64,000 nt of DNA from the human T2T-CHM13v2.0 reference genome, Homo sapiens, in contig CP068257.2 of the NCBI GenBank assembly GCA_009914755.4, positions 2,912,001-2,976,000 of the forward strand, written 5' to 3'. The notes beneath the pieces were generated by a model that saw nothing but the letters and a program-made list of their open reading frames with translations, had not been told where the DNA came from and ran no database searches. Shown here in pieces: positions 40,899 through 55,911 of this stretch (within the stretch, counting starts at the first letter, position 1; every line of letters begins with the position of its first letter). Made by a program: the position numbers and the translations under genes.

Positions 40899-42226
40899 TT
40901 ATAAGGGGCTTATATCTTATAATTCATCAAGAAAAGCCAAAGTATCTATCCCTTTCAGAAAATAAACATGTAATTTAATTATGTTCATAACAAATCATTT
41001 AGTAAACAATCATATGTGAACACTTCCAGGCGGTGCCAAGTCCCAGCTCCTAAAACTTAGCGTTACCCTCAAACACCCAGATGACAGCATATGAAACAGA
41101 GATATTCACTATCAGAAGTTCTCTGTTTTGAAAAAAGAATAACTGATGTGATAAATTTATGTAATTTAACAATTAATCTACCTCACGTGCTTGTAGGTAT
41201 GTATTCATTTCCTACCACCGTAGTGGAAGAGAGACTATCCCTATCTATACACCTGGTAACATTCCCAACAGTAAGCCGTGAGATTCTGCTTGAAATCACC
41301 TCTCAGACAAATAAAAAACAGTCCTGGGAAATGTACAACACTCATTCTGCTAAAGAAATAGGCAAGTAACAATTTTTAACAAGTGAAATATATTACTACT
41401 TAATTTTATTCAAAATTCACCAACTTAATGTGCTTTATAAATATTCTCATATCTTTGAAGCTCTACTGATAAAACATAATTTACAGTTAATGAAAAAGTG
41501 AAGTTAAAATAAATACAATCATATTTTCAAGGTGACAAAATTAGAAGGTGACAATGCTGATTGAAACACAGACATATCTGACCCAAGGGTCAAGTCAAGC
41601 CGTTCTATTACTTGGGATATTTTCCCTGCTCCTATCTGGTTCAGTGATGTGGGTCATGAGCGTCCTACCAGGAGCTGCTACGCTCTGCTCCACTGTGTCT
41701 GTAAGGTGCATTTTACTTTGCAGGTTTTTGCACTGCCTCACTAGGTTGGGTTTCTTTATCCTTTGAAATATTTTCTCTCCCTTCACCAATCTGAGGACAT
41801 TTTTTCCTCAATATCAGCATCCAGTTGCCTGGCCTGCAATGTGTCTCTAAGGAATGGAAACTAAGCGTTGGGGTAAGAAATTCTTAATGTCCTAAGGGGT
41901 TTGCTTTTAACGCAAAGGTATACGTGGAGATTCCTTCCAGGTATAGTGCATCCAACCACTCCAAAAAGAGGCTGCATTCCCATACCTTGGGCTGTTCCCT
42001 GAGAGGAGATGACACAAGGGATGCTATTTACTAGACACTTCAAGAGTCATGGCCAGTGTTGGTATCTTGGGGATTCTCAAGCAGTTTTGAAACCCAAAAC
42101 CAAGAAAATAACACAGGATGGCTGAGGATGTATTGCCCTGTGAGGTTTCTGAAATGAAACCTCAACCCAAAGACATTCTGATGGGGTGTCTGTGCCAAGG
42201 CAAGATTAAAGAAAGGGGCACAAATA

Positions 42227-42257
<31 letters not shown>

Positions 42258-43132
42258 ACTGTGGATTGTCAGGGGATTATTATCTGCTTTCATGTCCTGT
42301 AAAATGTTTACAAATGAAAAATATTTTTTTAAGTGCCATCCACTGCTTTTTGAAAAAATGCAGAATTAAAATACTGTGTCTAAAATGTACAATAAAGAAC
42401 AGTTGATAATGTTGTGAGTTACACAAGGTTAGTTAGTGTTGGTAAGTGTCAGGAAAGAACTGGAAATTTAAACTCTGACTGCAAGCAAGAGTTAGGCTGG
42501 GGTAACAGGGTGGTAGATTTGAGGCTCTTCTTGCCACACATTTGGAAAATGCATGAGAAAACGAATTCTTTTTTGGAGCATTAAAACAACTAAAAAACAG
42601 GCGATTGCATTGAGGTGGCTCTAGTGTACTGACCTCTGAGTGGAGAGACAGGCAAAGGCATCCCTAGATCCAAAAAGCTGTCCATTCTTCTCCAGCTGTG
42701 CACCTGATTAGATAATTTCCACTCCAGCACCCGTGACTGGATATAGTTCAATTCCCCACCAAGCCCCCTCAGGCCATGAGTGACATATGTGATTTGACAC
42801 TGGATTGAATAAAGCAAGAATTATAGGTTTTTCCTGGATCCTTTTCTGGCAGGGCTTCCTTCATGCACTGGACACTGGCCCTGCCTGTAAAATACTTGCA
42901 TTTTCATTTGTGTGTAAGATTATTTGTATTTATGAAAAATATATATGTGTTATTCATACATGGAAGCAATATAATGACAATTATTTTAAAATTTCAGATT
43001 TTTTACTTTCCTGGCACACCCAGGTTTTAGAGCAGGCAGCCTGAGATTTCAAAAATGAGGCAATTCTCTAAGAAATAATATGTGAGGCACATGTGAATTT
43101 TAAATATTCTAGTAGCTACATTTTAATAAATA

Positions 43133-43428
43133 CACCAGGCATGGTTGCCTGTGCCTGTAGGTTGAAATGTTTGGGAGACTGATGTGGGAGGATCATTTGA
43201 GGCAAGGAGTTTGAGACTAGCCCATGCAGCATAGAGAAAGCCATCTCAACAACAACAACAACAAAAAAAATTGAAAAATTAGCCACGCCTGGTGTATGCC
43301 TTCAGTCCCAGCTACTCAGAAGGCTGGAGCTGGAGGATCACCTGAGCCTGGGAGGTCAAGGCTGCAGTGAGCCATGATCACACCACTGCACTCCAGCCTC
43401 ACTGACAGAACAAAACTCTGACTCAAAA
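43133..43428 (+). mobile_element. Alu SINE (old, AluJ-like) with a (CAA)n tract in the middle A-rich linker
   Basis: caccaggcatggttgcctgtgcctgtaggttgaaatgtttgggagactgatgtgggaggatcatttgaggcaaggagtttgagactagcccatgcagcatagagaaagccatctcaacaacaacaacaacaaaaaaaattgaaaaattagccacgcctggtg…caccactgcactccagcctcactgacagaacaaaactctgactcaaaaaa. Confidence 0.85.
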
Positions 43429-44671
43429 AACTGATCTCTGGAAAGGCATTTTCTTTTTCTGCAACGTAGCCAAATAGCTAAATTTGTATTGAAGCCATCC
43501 TTTAATTTTTAACAGGGCAAGAATATTTTCTAAGACCCTGAACTCCAGATATGTGATGGGGCAAATCCTGAAGCGTACATGGCTATCTCTCACAGCTAAA
43601 GCACCCCTCACCCCTATCCTGCGCTTCTTACCCCTGGCGCAAGAGAATCACCTGCGGGGAGGAAAACTTTCAAAATCCCTTAAACCCAAGTTGTAACCGC
43701 TCAACTAAATCAGAATCCTTGGAGCTGGATCTGAAAAAAATACGGTTGAAAGTCGTGCAGGTGATTACAATGTGTAGGCAAGCCAGAAAACCATGGCTTT
43801 AACGAGCAGCTTTTGTTAGAAATGATTTCTCCAATGAATGTAAAAACGTTTGCTGCTGAATTGTGACCTTTCAATTTTACCTGCTTTTCCTGCAAAGTAT
43901 ATTTTGCAGACCCAGGCTGGCTTCTCCTTCTGTTCATGGTTCACCCAGTGCCGTGTGTGCTCAGTGCATCCTGTGCACGGGTCACTGTGCTGTGTGCGCT
44001 GGCCTGGGTGAGCATCATTCTTCGGGGAGAACCTTTCTGAAAACAAAGCTGCAATCCAAAAAGTTGAAACCATGCTACTTACTGTACTGAGGTAAAAATT
44101 AAAAGACCTAGGGGACTCTTCCAAAAGTTAAAACGTAAATAAATATCTTGGAACATTAATATACACCTGACGATGTCCTGAGTGAACACGCCCCACTTTA
44201 AAACAAAACAAAACATTACTATTATTCTAAAATATTAATTTAGGATTGTTATGCAAATATGTACTATTTAAATATTTATTGATGAATAACTTGCATACAG
44301 CAATATAGGAACAAAATATTTATGGAATGCTTGATGAATTATTACTAAATAAATACACTTGTGTATGTAAGAATCAGATTTGCTCATGCCCTTGACACTT
44401 TCTCCTTCCCAAAGGTAACCAAGACCTTAAGAGCTAAGTGTAGATAAACTTTGTCATTTTCTACACGTGTTTTATTACAGAACATTAAAAACGTATACAT
44501 AATACAAAAAAAGGATAACAGACCAGTCACCCAGATTTAACAGCTACTAGTCATGTGTCATTTTTGTTTCACCTATACTTCCAGCCATTCCCACCCCAAT
44601 TTCATTATTTTTTAGCCTTTTTGGATAAAATGTATATTCATTGCAAGGTACAATGTGAACTGTGAATAGTA

Positions 44672-44790
44672 GAGAGATGGGGTTTCACCATGTTGACCAT
44701 GCTAGTCTTGAACTCCTGTCCTCAGGTGATCCACCTGCTTCGGCTTCCCAAATTGCTGGGATTACAGGCATAAGCCAATATACTCAGCCT
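44672..44790 (-). mobile_element. Alu fragment, left-arm region only (minus orientation)
   Basis: gagagatggggtttcaccatgttgaccatgctagtcttgaactcctgtcctcaggtgatccacctgcttcggcttcccaaattgctgggattacaggcataagcc. Confidence 0.8.
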
Positions 44791-47700
44791 GAGAATTCAT
44801 ACTTCTAAGAAAGTACAAATCCATAGGGCACATGAGAACTGCAATGTCTATCTACAGTAAATACAGTTTGATAAATAAAATGAAAGGCAATTAACCTAAG
44901 GTGAAAAAAAAAACAAAAAACAATCAAAGCATGGGTACTATGTGTCATCTGTAAGAGCATTTGGTTAAGAATAACAAACAAACCAGTTTTATCGTTTTAA
45001 TAGCCGAAATTGGCAAAATTTCTAGTTTTTCTTTCATAGGAATGCTCTTTGCAAGAAAAAATTTTCATATAGTGAGAGCAAAAATGGCAACCATTTGCAA
45101 GTAAATGTCTTATGAAATTAAGTAGCAGATATCAAGCTCATGACCTTCAGATAGTTACCCCTAACTCAATCACTTACATAGCAAGTGCAGATAATTTTCA
45201 TAGCTCCCTATTAAAATTATATTTGAATGCCCTTACAAATTGTGACTGTTTTTAAATAAAGTTGACCAACTAAAATTTTGTATATGACATATGATAAATT
45301 CCCCTTCAAGTCACCTTACATTTACTTAATTTTATTAGGCAGTGTCTGTCTACCACCCAATAATACTTGACGTTTCTCCCTCCATTTGCACAGGCATCAT
45401 AGCTGGGAAACGGATTCACAAGACCCAGGCTGTTCCCTACATATGTTTCCTCCTCCGACATCAGTTCATCAGTCAATCAAGCCATGTGAGAGTGGAGGCC
45501 TTGTATTCCCTATTATTCTTGGGCACTCTACTCCAAGTAGGAAAAGGCCAGGAGGTCCTGTTAAAGGATGCACTCAGAGCCCGGGCTCCCTAACATATGA
45601 GAGTGCTAACCAGCAGGTGTAGACTTTTCAGGAGTGAAGAATGAGGCAGGCATTCCAAACCTGGACCTTCATCACCTTTTGTTTCATCTCAAGACAATTC
45701 TGAGGGACTGTTTTGGAGCGTGTCTGGAAGGTGAACCTTGAAGAAGAGTGTGGGCTTTGATGTGACTCAGTTGAGATCTTTCATGAGGAGGCAGGAATTC
45801 AATGCCCAGAATCTGGGCTGGTGTCTTTGAGGTCAGTGGGTTGCGTCTTTGTATCCAAGTCCATTGTTACTAGGTTGGAGGCTGGAGATTCTAAATGGCT
45901 TCCAGACCATCTCTCTGATTCTCTTTGGGAGATGGGGTCTGAAAGACAATATCAGTAGTTTTGGGAAATTCTAGAAAGTGTGCTTGGAAACGTGGGAAGA
46001 GCTCTTGCCTAGTGCCTAAATGCTCCATTTGCAGCTCTAGCCAAGTAGATACTTGGTAGGTATAGAGCTGGGTTTGCGTTTATATCAGCAAAACCTATAT
46101 CAGAGTTGAAGAAGTAGTCAGGAAAAAGCGTCTTGGTCGCAGGCCGGGGAACATCTTAAAAGCAAACTTCTAGCCTGCTGACTCTTGGCAATGAGTGTTG
46201 GATCCTGGCTAAAGTGCCTTGAATGCAGCATGAGGCCAATCCATGAATCCAACTTCTCATGGAGAAATGTTAATATTTTTTCAGTTTGAATCAATCAGGG
46301 TGAAACTACCATGCTATTGGTTTGCTTACTTTTTATTATTTCATGTAAAATCTAAGACAAAATACATTAAATGCTTATTGACATATGTATTTATTCTTCA
46401 CCAGGCTGATAATATCTGCCTAATTTTAAACTTTCTTCCATTTTGTAGGTTTCAACTTATTCTATTGTAAGATACTGTTAAATCTAATAGAGGCATTGTC
46501 ACTTTTACGTATAATTTTATTTTATTTCATATATTTCCTATTGGCTTTTTACATTTAAATTATGGAGCACTTCATCATATAAAAAACTTCAATTATATTT
46601 AAACAGTAAGTCTTTGGATTTTTTTGCCTTGTAATTTCCATATTACATAATAATGAGATAAACATTAATGTTTTCAGGGTACTTTAAATTTTAGATAATT
46701 ACTCATTGTATTCATGTGAAATTTGTTTTTACTGCATGTGTGGGTTGGAGGTCTGTTTTCACTTCTGATTCATCTTTACTCTTATCTCATCAGAGCTCAT
46801 ACCTCTTGTAGTTGGGGGATTGCAGTTTATAATTCCAATAAATGGGGCAAATTCAATAATAACATAATACAAATGAGTTTGAATGCAGGACAGGTCTTCA
46901 AAGCATACACAACATGGGCCTACATATGTACAACAATAATAATTTATAAGTTACTGTTTGGATGGAAAGTAAAAGTACAGAAAATTTGTTAAAGGAAATT
47001 AAAATGGAGATCATGTCTCAATAATCTCTGAGCAGACAAAATTAGTTAGGTCTCATAAGTGATCTCAACCTCGCTTGATTTGCAAATACAAACAAAACTT
47101 ACATTATTTCTTGTAGCTGCATATTGAAAAAAGAGAAATGAAGCTCAACCAGTCAGAAGTAGCCAACAACCTTATATAAATAGAAACTGTCCAACAAGGT
47201 AAACAGACAAACAAAAAACAATAAAAAAAGTTGTGCTACCACCAAATGATTTCTTTGTTTCTACATTTTTCAAATAAATACTTGCTTCTTACACTGTCAA
47301 TGAAGCACTCAATATCTTTCCGTCTGATATTTTATAATTTATCAATTGCTCTTACTCAAATAAACACTTTGCAATTTCATTGTGTCTCAAATTACTTTTT
47401 AGCAGAATAAACTAGGAATAAATATTACAAAAATATCTACGGAATATGGAAAAAACATAGAAAGTTTATGAAATATATGAATGTAGACATAAGCAAATAG
47501 ACAATTTGTATCATATTCTTAGGCAGAAAAACTCAATATTATCAACATCAATTGTCCTTATAGTTATTTATAAATTCAATTTTGTTCCTATACTGATACC
47601 ATTAAACATTGCAAGTACACGTTACTATAAAATGTTATATAGATGAAAACACAAACAAGAATAGACAAGAAAACTCTGAAAAAAAAAAAAAAAAAACCAC

Positions 47701-50700
47701 TGGCAAGCCCTGTGTAAAATCTTGATTGATTAAAAAACTCATGGATCACTGAAACTAAAAATTCAGAAATAAACCAAAGTGTCTAAGAAAGTGTCATAGT
47801 GCATCTTGGCTGCTATAACAAAATACCTTAGACTGGGTAAAGGATAAATAAGAGAAATGTATTTTTCACAGTTATGGAGTCTGGAAAGTGCAAGATCAAG
47901 GCAGCAGCAAATTTCGTATATGGTGAGAGCCCTATTCCCCATAGATGGTACCATCTCGCACATGGGACAAGGGCATTCCCTTCAACTTCCTTTGAAAGAG
48001 CACTGATTCCATTCATGAAGATGAAGAACTCTTGGCTTCACCACTTTCCCAAAGGCCTCACGCCTAAAATTATACACATGAATTTGAAAGGGGACATAAA
48101 CATTCAGGCCATAGCAATAAAAACTACATGGGTGATGGCATCATTTATACATGAGGTGTAAAAATGTGATGTTCTTATCACAAAGGAAATAAATGATTTA
48201 TTCTTCATGGCATATATCAAAATGAAGGTCCAATGAAAATATTTTTTATGAAGATAAATCTATATGGCAAAAAATTAAGTATTGATAAGTTTAACCCTAC
48301 AGGTTGCATCAGGATTTTCAAGGTTTCCAGGGATGAGCAAGGCCCTGGAGTTTCCTCCTGTGACATTTTCCTGGAAGTTGCTCATGCTGTTATTCAATTT
48401 GAAAGTAGATAATATTGTTTGTTTCTCTTCCAATATTTACTAAATTCAAAATAATATAGGGCTCTTTACTCATAATTCTCAAACAATCATTCAGTCAGTG
48501 GGGCTCTGCTGAGGAAGAGCACAGACACATCCACACAAGTATAATGTTCCTCAAATAGAGGACTTCTCCTTGTGCTGGAGCCACCTATGTTGCACTCGAT
48601 CAGAGGCTTTCCCAGGATAGCATTTCTCTGCAGCCCTACCTCAGTCTTAACCCTGAAAATCCCACTCAGAAGGCGACGGATGAACACCCACCCTAGCATT
48701 CTAATCTAATGGATCCTCTCTTAACAATCCCTTCCAGGGATCTGGGATCTTTCCTGGATTCGTCGGCCACACACACCTAGGCTCAAAAATTTGGACAGAA
48801 ACTTTGATCCTCATTGGCCCTCCTGCCCTGTCCTACCAGCTTCTCTAGAAGTATGCTTCTCTAATTGCTCCTTAGAGACACTATCTAAGGGTATCAACCT
48901 GTGCCAATATAATTGATCTCATAAAGTGAGAAGGGAAATAGGCAAGAGTCCAGCTAGCCTAGAAGCAGTGTCTAGGGTTCCTTACCTGATTTATGTCTCT
49001 GATTTACCTAAATATTGACAAATACAGATTCACCTCTAGGCAGTAGAAAAACAGAAGGAGAAATCCCAGTTCGTAGAGGAAGAAGAAAATACAATCAATG
49101 CTGTCTAGAGTCCCGCTTAAGCTCAGCCACAGGGTAATAAGTCTCTTCAGGAAAAAGCAATTGTTGTCCATCATCTGAAAAACTGTGGCCTGGAACCATG
49201 GGCACCGAGAGTGCACACTGCCCACTAGAGTTCCATGCCTACATCATGGAGAGATAGAATAGTCTCAAAGGATTCTTAAGAGTAATGTGGGGACCAAAAG
49301 GAGATGAATCCACAGCCTCTGCCTTACCGTCTGATCTAACTAATAGTATTTCCAGACCTTTCTGTGGGCTGCACCAGGGGTTGTTCAGAAAGAAAAAAAG
49401 TTGTTAATGTCCCACCGTTTCCCGTAGCTTCCGAGGTCTGTGTTGTTCATACCCCAGGTTCCAGGTTGTTCTCCCACTACTTCCACAGAATCAGTGTGTC
49501 TCATTCCGGTACCTATAATCTCATCTTTATTCTAGTCACCCTCTACTTTTTTCTAGACACTTTATCTACTAGAGGCAGGTAAAATAGAGACAAGAATATT
49601 TACATAAAACTTAGCTGCAACTAAGTTGGAGTCCCATAACTGCTACTAGGCTGAGATGCAACTCAGAGGATACAAAAGCCAGGCTTGCCTAGAATTGCAG
49701 TTATGGGAAAGAAAGTCACATTTCACCCAGGAATTATTAGCACGAAATTCGAAGTTTGTGAAATAGATTCCTAGATGATTCCTAGATCCCCCAAACATTT
49801 CATCCTTATCTTGGAGGCAATCAGGAAGAGAAAATAAACCATACCTAATCAACAAATTATCTAACCAGCATGTGTGGAAAAGGAGGGAACATCATAGAGT
49901 TGGCTTGTTTTAGTACGTGTGGTGAAAAATGCCGCGAAGTCAGAGCTCAATTGGTCTCAAAAGCCTAAAAGATGGCACAGATTAGCTTCACGGGACACAT
50001 GGTATGGATGGTGTCGGCATACTGTTATGCTGAAGATGTCAAGAGTGGTGACTGATATCTCAAGAAGTGGGCCAAAAGTCCACTTCTGGTTACTCTGCTT
50101 GGTATGGTCTAGGAATTCTTCAACCATGAGACAAATAGGTCAACTTTCACCAGCAACCCCAAGTCTGGTTTGCAGTATTAGACTCTGCGTTAGACACAGA
50201 TTTAGGTTCAATCTGCAGCTTGATTGTTGTCACTCTCTAGAAAACAAACCCTTACCATGGACTTCTAGATGAGTGATCCAGTTAGATCAGCATCTGAGAT
50301 TGTCTCCAGTTTGCAGCCCAAAAGACATTCAGACAGTCTACAGTTTCCATTGTAGATAACCAAACAGATAGAATATGTGCCATTATCCCAAACCCTGAGT
50401 TCTGACCTTTGAGAGGAGCAACCACTCATGTCAGGTTCTGTATGGCTGGCACAGGTTAAACAGCCACAGCGGCCCAGTGGACATCATGAGGTTTCACCTT
50501 CCCTGACTCATCTATGAACCAGGACCAGTCATATAGGAAACACTCAGTAAATTGGGGGCCCCACAGAGACAGCATCTTTGCTTCAGAGGATAGAAGGAGG
50601 CATAAAATTTCAACCAGCTGGGGATGCTCTAGCCCTCTATGGGTGAAACTGAGTTTGTCAGGAGTTCTGCAGCAAGCTCTTAGCTGACTTTCAAATCAGT

Positions 50701-51369
50701 GTAACCAGTAGTGTGTCACTGAGTCCAAAAGCCCAAAGAACACCTCTGGGAGGAGGCTAGTCCTTTACTAGAGGCTCCAAATGCCAAAATCAAGATTTTC
50801 TTGACCTCAGGATGAATTGATCAATGCAAATCTCCCCAAATATTTTCACTAAACCTTAATTGGAAAGTAAGACTCCAGATTTTTTAACTCTCACTCAACA
50901 TAAATATCTGATTTTTTCACCTGAGATCTATGTATGTGTGTTGGAGCATGCCTTTACCAATCAGCATAAAGTTACATCTCTCCTTGCGCCTCTACTTTCT
51001 ACTTGTGCAGAGTTTAAAATGCAGAGGTGAGAGCTTAGGGTTTTCTGGGTCTTTTGCTAAGCATGTACCTGACCTTGAGCATCCCCAATTCCCCATTTCC
51101 TTCTTGATCCCAAAGACCGTTATCACAGTCTTAATTCCCAGCAGCTTTTCCTCCTAGAGCTTTTTGACATGATTATTCTTAGACCCAACTGATATCCTTC
51201 GTTCCTGGTAGACTGCGTAGCTCATTTCCATTTAAATGCTTTTAGAAATATTAAACTATGGATTTAAGATTTATCTGCTTTTTAAATTAAGTAATGCTGC
51301 TCTTAGCCTTCCACAGGACTTGAGGGTTATAAAAAAAAAGGAAGAAAATAATTATTTTATACCAATAGT

Positions 51370-54300
51370 ATGAAAAAGAGACTGGGAATGACTATATTAA
51401 TAGCAGACAAAATAGACTTAAAAACTTAAAAGAGACAATAAGACATTATATAGTCATAGATTGTCCATTTGGCAGGAAGATAGAAATAGTTTAAACCCAT
51501 ACCTAATAATAAAACATTGAGATATAGAAAGCATAACTTGACAGAATTAAAGGGGCAAAAAGGCAGTTCTAAAATAATAGTTGAAGATGTTAATACTCCA
51601 CTCTGAGTAATGAATAGAAAAATGAGATAGATGATAAATTAGGAAATAGAGTTCTTGAATAACTCAATGAACCAAATTGATCTAACAGATATATACAATA
51701 TACTCCATCCAACAAAAGAGACTACACACACTTCTCAAATGCACATGGGGATTTCCCCACGATGGGCTGTGTAGTAGATCTCAAATTAAATCAATAACAG
51801 AAGAAACGTTAGAAAGTTTACAAAACTGTATAAATTAAACAACATACCCTTAAACAACAAATAAGTAAAGGAAGAAATCACAGAGGAAGTTGGAACATAC
51901 TTACAGAGGAAGAAAAATGAAAACAAAACACATCAAAAGTTAAGGGAAACAGCAAAAAGAGTGCTAAGATGTAAAGTTTGCAGCTAAAATACATTTAAAA
52001 AGAACAAAGATTTCAAATAAATAATAACTTTATCACCTAGTAAATTAGAAAAATAACACCAAATTAGATGCAAAGCAAAGAGAAAGAAGAACATATTAAA
52101 GCTTTTAGCAGAGATAAATGCAATGGAGATTATACAAACCACAGAATTCCAAAAAACCAAAAGTTCATTCTCACTTCTTCAAAAAATTAACAATTGGCAA
52201 ACTTTCAGCTACACACACAAAAAATTAACAGCATATTCACATACTAAAATGAGAAATGAAAGTGGGACATTACTACTAATTCAAAGAATTAAAATGTTTA
52301 AAAAACTGTACTGTGAACTATGATAGGATGATAAATTGGAAAACGTAGATAAAGTGGGCAGATTCCTAGGTATACAAGACTTGATTACAAAGAAATACAA
52401 AATCTGAATAGATACAAAACTACTAAGGAAATGGAATCAGTAATTAAAAGCCTCCTCATAAAGAAAAGCCCTTATTTTGTTGGCTTCACTAGTGATTTAG
52501 ATCAAGCATTTATAGAACAAAAATCCTTTCCAAAGTCTACCAAAAGCCTGAACAGAGCAGTTCCAAACTTATTCCATGAAGCCACCATTAGCTCATACCG
52601 AAGCCAGACAAAGATACTACAAAAACCCATAGACTAATATCCCTTATGAACACGGAGGCAAAACTAGTCAGCAACATCCTAGCTAACTACATTCAGCAGC
52701 ATACTAGCAAGATTACAACCCATGACCAAGGGGAGTTTATTATTGGAATGAAAGGAAGTTTTAGCATATGGGTGGTTTCAGTGCAGTGGTGTTTACAAAT
52801 AATTGATCACAACCAGTATAGATTTCTTTATTCTTTTTCCAGTCTCACTGGTTCACTTAGCTAGCCTTTCTTAACAAAAGTTTAAGCATATGAAAATTAA
52901 TCAATGCATATGCCACATTGACAAACTTTTTAAAAAGTATTCTCTCATTAATACAGATAACGTATTTTACAAAATTCAAAATATTTTATAATAAAAACAA
53001 TAAATTAGGAATAAAAGGAAACCAGCTTTGTAAAATTCACATATAAAAACCCACAGCAAACAACATATTCCAGAGGAAAAGATCAAAAGAGTTTCCTCTA
53101 AGCTCTGAAGACAGAGTGAATATCTGCTCTTGCCAGCCACTTTTATTCAACACTGTATTAGAAGTTTCATTCAGAGAAATTAAAAAAGACAATGAAATAA
53201 ACTGCATCAAAGTGTGTACAGAAAATATATTCTTATATGTAGAAAATCTTTAAGATTCCACACAAAAAATATTACAACTAATAAATTCAGCTGAATAGTA
53301 GCATACAAAATCAACATACAAAAACAAACTGCATTTTATGTAGTAACATGAATAATCTGAGAAGAAAACTCTGAAAACAATTCAATTTACAATAGTATCA
53401 AAAGAATAAAGTAGTTAGGAAGTAACGAAGAAGTAAAATGCCAATTACTCTTGTGTAGATATTAAAAAATCAATTTTTAAGTTTATGGGGAATCTCAAAG
53501 ATCTTTAAATTGCAAAAATAATTTTGAAAAAAATACCAAAGTTAGACAAGTCACACTTAATGATTTCAAGACTTACTACAAAATTCCAAAATAGCATGCT
53601 ACAAAGAGACTAATGGAGTAATATAGAAGGCCCATATAAATAAACCCTCATATATAAGGTCAAATGATTTTTATGGGAAATGAACTGCCTTTACAACAAT
53701 TAGTGCTGGGGAAATTGGGTGCCCACATGTAAAAGAGTGAAGCTGGGCCCTTAACTTCTACTATAAGAAAAAATTAACTAACTGGATCAAAGACCTAAAT
53801 GTAAGAGCTAAAACTACAAAATTCTTACTATAAAATGTAGGTAAAACACGTCATAAGGCTGGATTTGGCAGTGATTTCTTTTAACAGGGCACCAAAAACG
53901 CAAGAAACAAAAGAAAAATAAATAAAGAGGACTCTATCCAGAATATACAAAGAACAATTCAGCAATAATAAACTACTTGTTTAAAATATGGGCAAAATAC
54001 TTAAACAGATATTTCTCTAAAAATTATGTGAAGTGGCTTATAAGCCCATGAAAAGGTACTCAACAAAACCTTTTCATTTTCATTAGTAAAATGAAAATCT
54101 AACCCCAAATGACATATCACTTAATGCACATCAGCATAACTAGTACAAAAAGAAAAAAAAAACAGAAAATCACAAGTGTTGGTGAGGAAGTGGAGCAGTT
54201 AGAACCCTTGTACACTTGGTGGAAATGTAAAATGCTGCAGCTGCTATAAAACAACACCATAGTAACGAAATAATTTACACTCAAAATCACCGTATGATCC

Positions 54301-54890
54301 AGCAATTTCACATCTTGGTATGTTGCAAAAGATGTGAAAGCGAAGACACAAAATAATACACGTACACCTAAGCTCATAGCAGCATGACTCACTTCACTCA
54401 AAAGGTTTTTGAATTACCTGTGTTGTTTGAATTATCATCAATGAATAAATAGATAAAATGTGATTTATACATACAGTGGGATATTATTCAGTTATGAAAA
54501 ATAAGGAAATTCTGACACATGGTACGTCATGCATGAACCTTAAGGACATTGTGCAAAGTGACATGAGCCAGTCATAAAAGGACAAATACTGTATCATTCC
54601 ACTTATGAGATACTTAGAGTAGTTAAATTCTGGAAACCCACGTAGAAGAGTGGTTCCTAGGAGCTGGAGGGGGAGTAACAGGGAGCTGTTATTTAATGTG
54701 TATTGAATTTTGGTTTGGAAGTTGAAAAAAGATCCTTATGAATGGGAATAATAGTTGCAAAACAATGTGAGTGTAGTTAATTTCTCTGAGCTGAACACTT
54801 AAAATAGTTAAGATGGTTAATTTTATGTATACTTTGCCAAAATGTAAAAAATATTTTTTAAATAAACAAACTATAGCTATCTGCAATAGC
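51370..54890 (+). mobile_element. Ancient L1 (L1M-like), ORF2 endonuclease through C-terminus plus 3' end, plus orientation, with many stops
   Basis: Plus-frame translations match L1 ORF2 (ORF 52646-52864: [37 protein letters not shown] versus L1 [37 protein letters not shown]). Diverged EN-domain sequence lies upstream of that ORF and the ORF2 C-terminal region downstream (…gtgttggtgaggaagtggagcagttagaacccttgtacacttggtggaaatgtaaaatgctgcagc…). The A-rich 3' end lies near 54880. Confidence 0.8.
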
Positions 54891-55458
54891 ATGAATTAAT
54901 ATCATAAATATAAAGTTGCCTAGAAGAAAGTAGATGTAAAAGTATACATATTATATAATTTCACTTATATAAAATCCAGAAAGTGAACACAACTGAGGTT
55001 CTGGTTTCCAGTAATAATGAAGTAGACTAGTTCGTTGAATAACTATTTCACAGATAACAATAATAAAGCTTAATAAAATACTATATTTTGCTATATAGAA
55101 AGGCACACTGTTTAGAAGACTGAATGAAGATTTTATCTATGCCACTGTGGAAGAGATAAGGATTGGGGTTTGAATCTATTCAAATTAACTCCCTCTTAAA
55201 ATAATAATTTTCAAAGAAATACAACAGAATCCAGAGTCCCTGTAGTTCCTATCACACAATTTAAAAATTCATGAGATGTGTGAAGAAGCATGAAAGTGTA
55301 ATCGATTCACAAGATAAAAAGCAGACAATAGAACCTATTCTCAAGATGTGCAAGATGCTGTAATCAGTAGATAAGATTTGAAAGAAGCTATGGTAAGTAC
55401 GTTCATGGGGGTAAAAGAAAACAGTCTCATGACAAGTGAACAGAAGCGTAACTGTACA

Positions 55459-55911
55459 TTTCATGCGCGTCCGTGTGAAGAGACCACCAAACAGGCTGTG
55501 TGTGAGCAACATGGCTGTTTATTTCACCTGGGTGCACGCGGGCTGCGTCCGAAAAGAGAGTCAGCGAAGGGAGATAAGGGTGGAGCCGTTTTATAGGATT
55601 TGGGTAGGTAAAGGAAAATTACAGTCAAAGGGGGTTTGTTCTCTGGCGGGCAGGAGTGGGGGTCGCAAGATGCTCAGTGGGGGTGCTTTTTGAGCCAGGA
55701 TGAGCCAGGAAAAGGACTCTCACAAGATAATGTCATCAGTTAAGGCAAGGACCGGCCATTTACACTTCTTTTGTGGTGGAATGTCATCAGTTAAGGTGGG
55801 GCAGGGCATATTCACTTATTTTGTGATTCTTCAGTTACTTCAGGCCATCTGGGCGTATACGTGCAAGTCACGGGGGATGCGATGGCTTGGCTTGGTCTCA
55901 GAGGCCTGACA
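55459..55911 (-). mobile_element. LTR7 (HERV-H LTR) copy A, minus orientation
   Basis: The plus strand reads tttcatgcgcgtccgtgtgaagagaccaccaaacaggctgtgtgtgagcaac…ctgggtgcacgcgggctgcgtccgaaaagagagtcagcgaagggagataagggtggagccgttttataggatttgggtaggtaaaggaaaattacagtcaaagggg…ctggcgggcaggagtggggg…ggccatttacacttcttttgtg…cagaggcctgaca. This is the reverse complement of the LTR7 consensus running from TGTCAGGCCTCTGAG to CACACGGACGCGCATGAAA. Confidence 0.85.
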
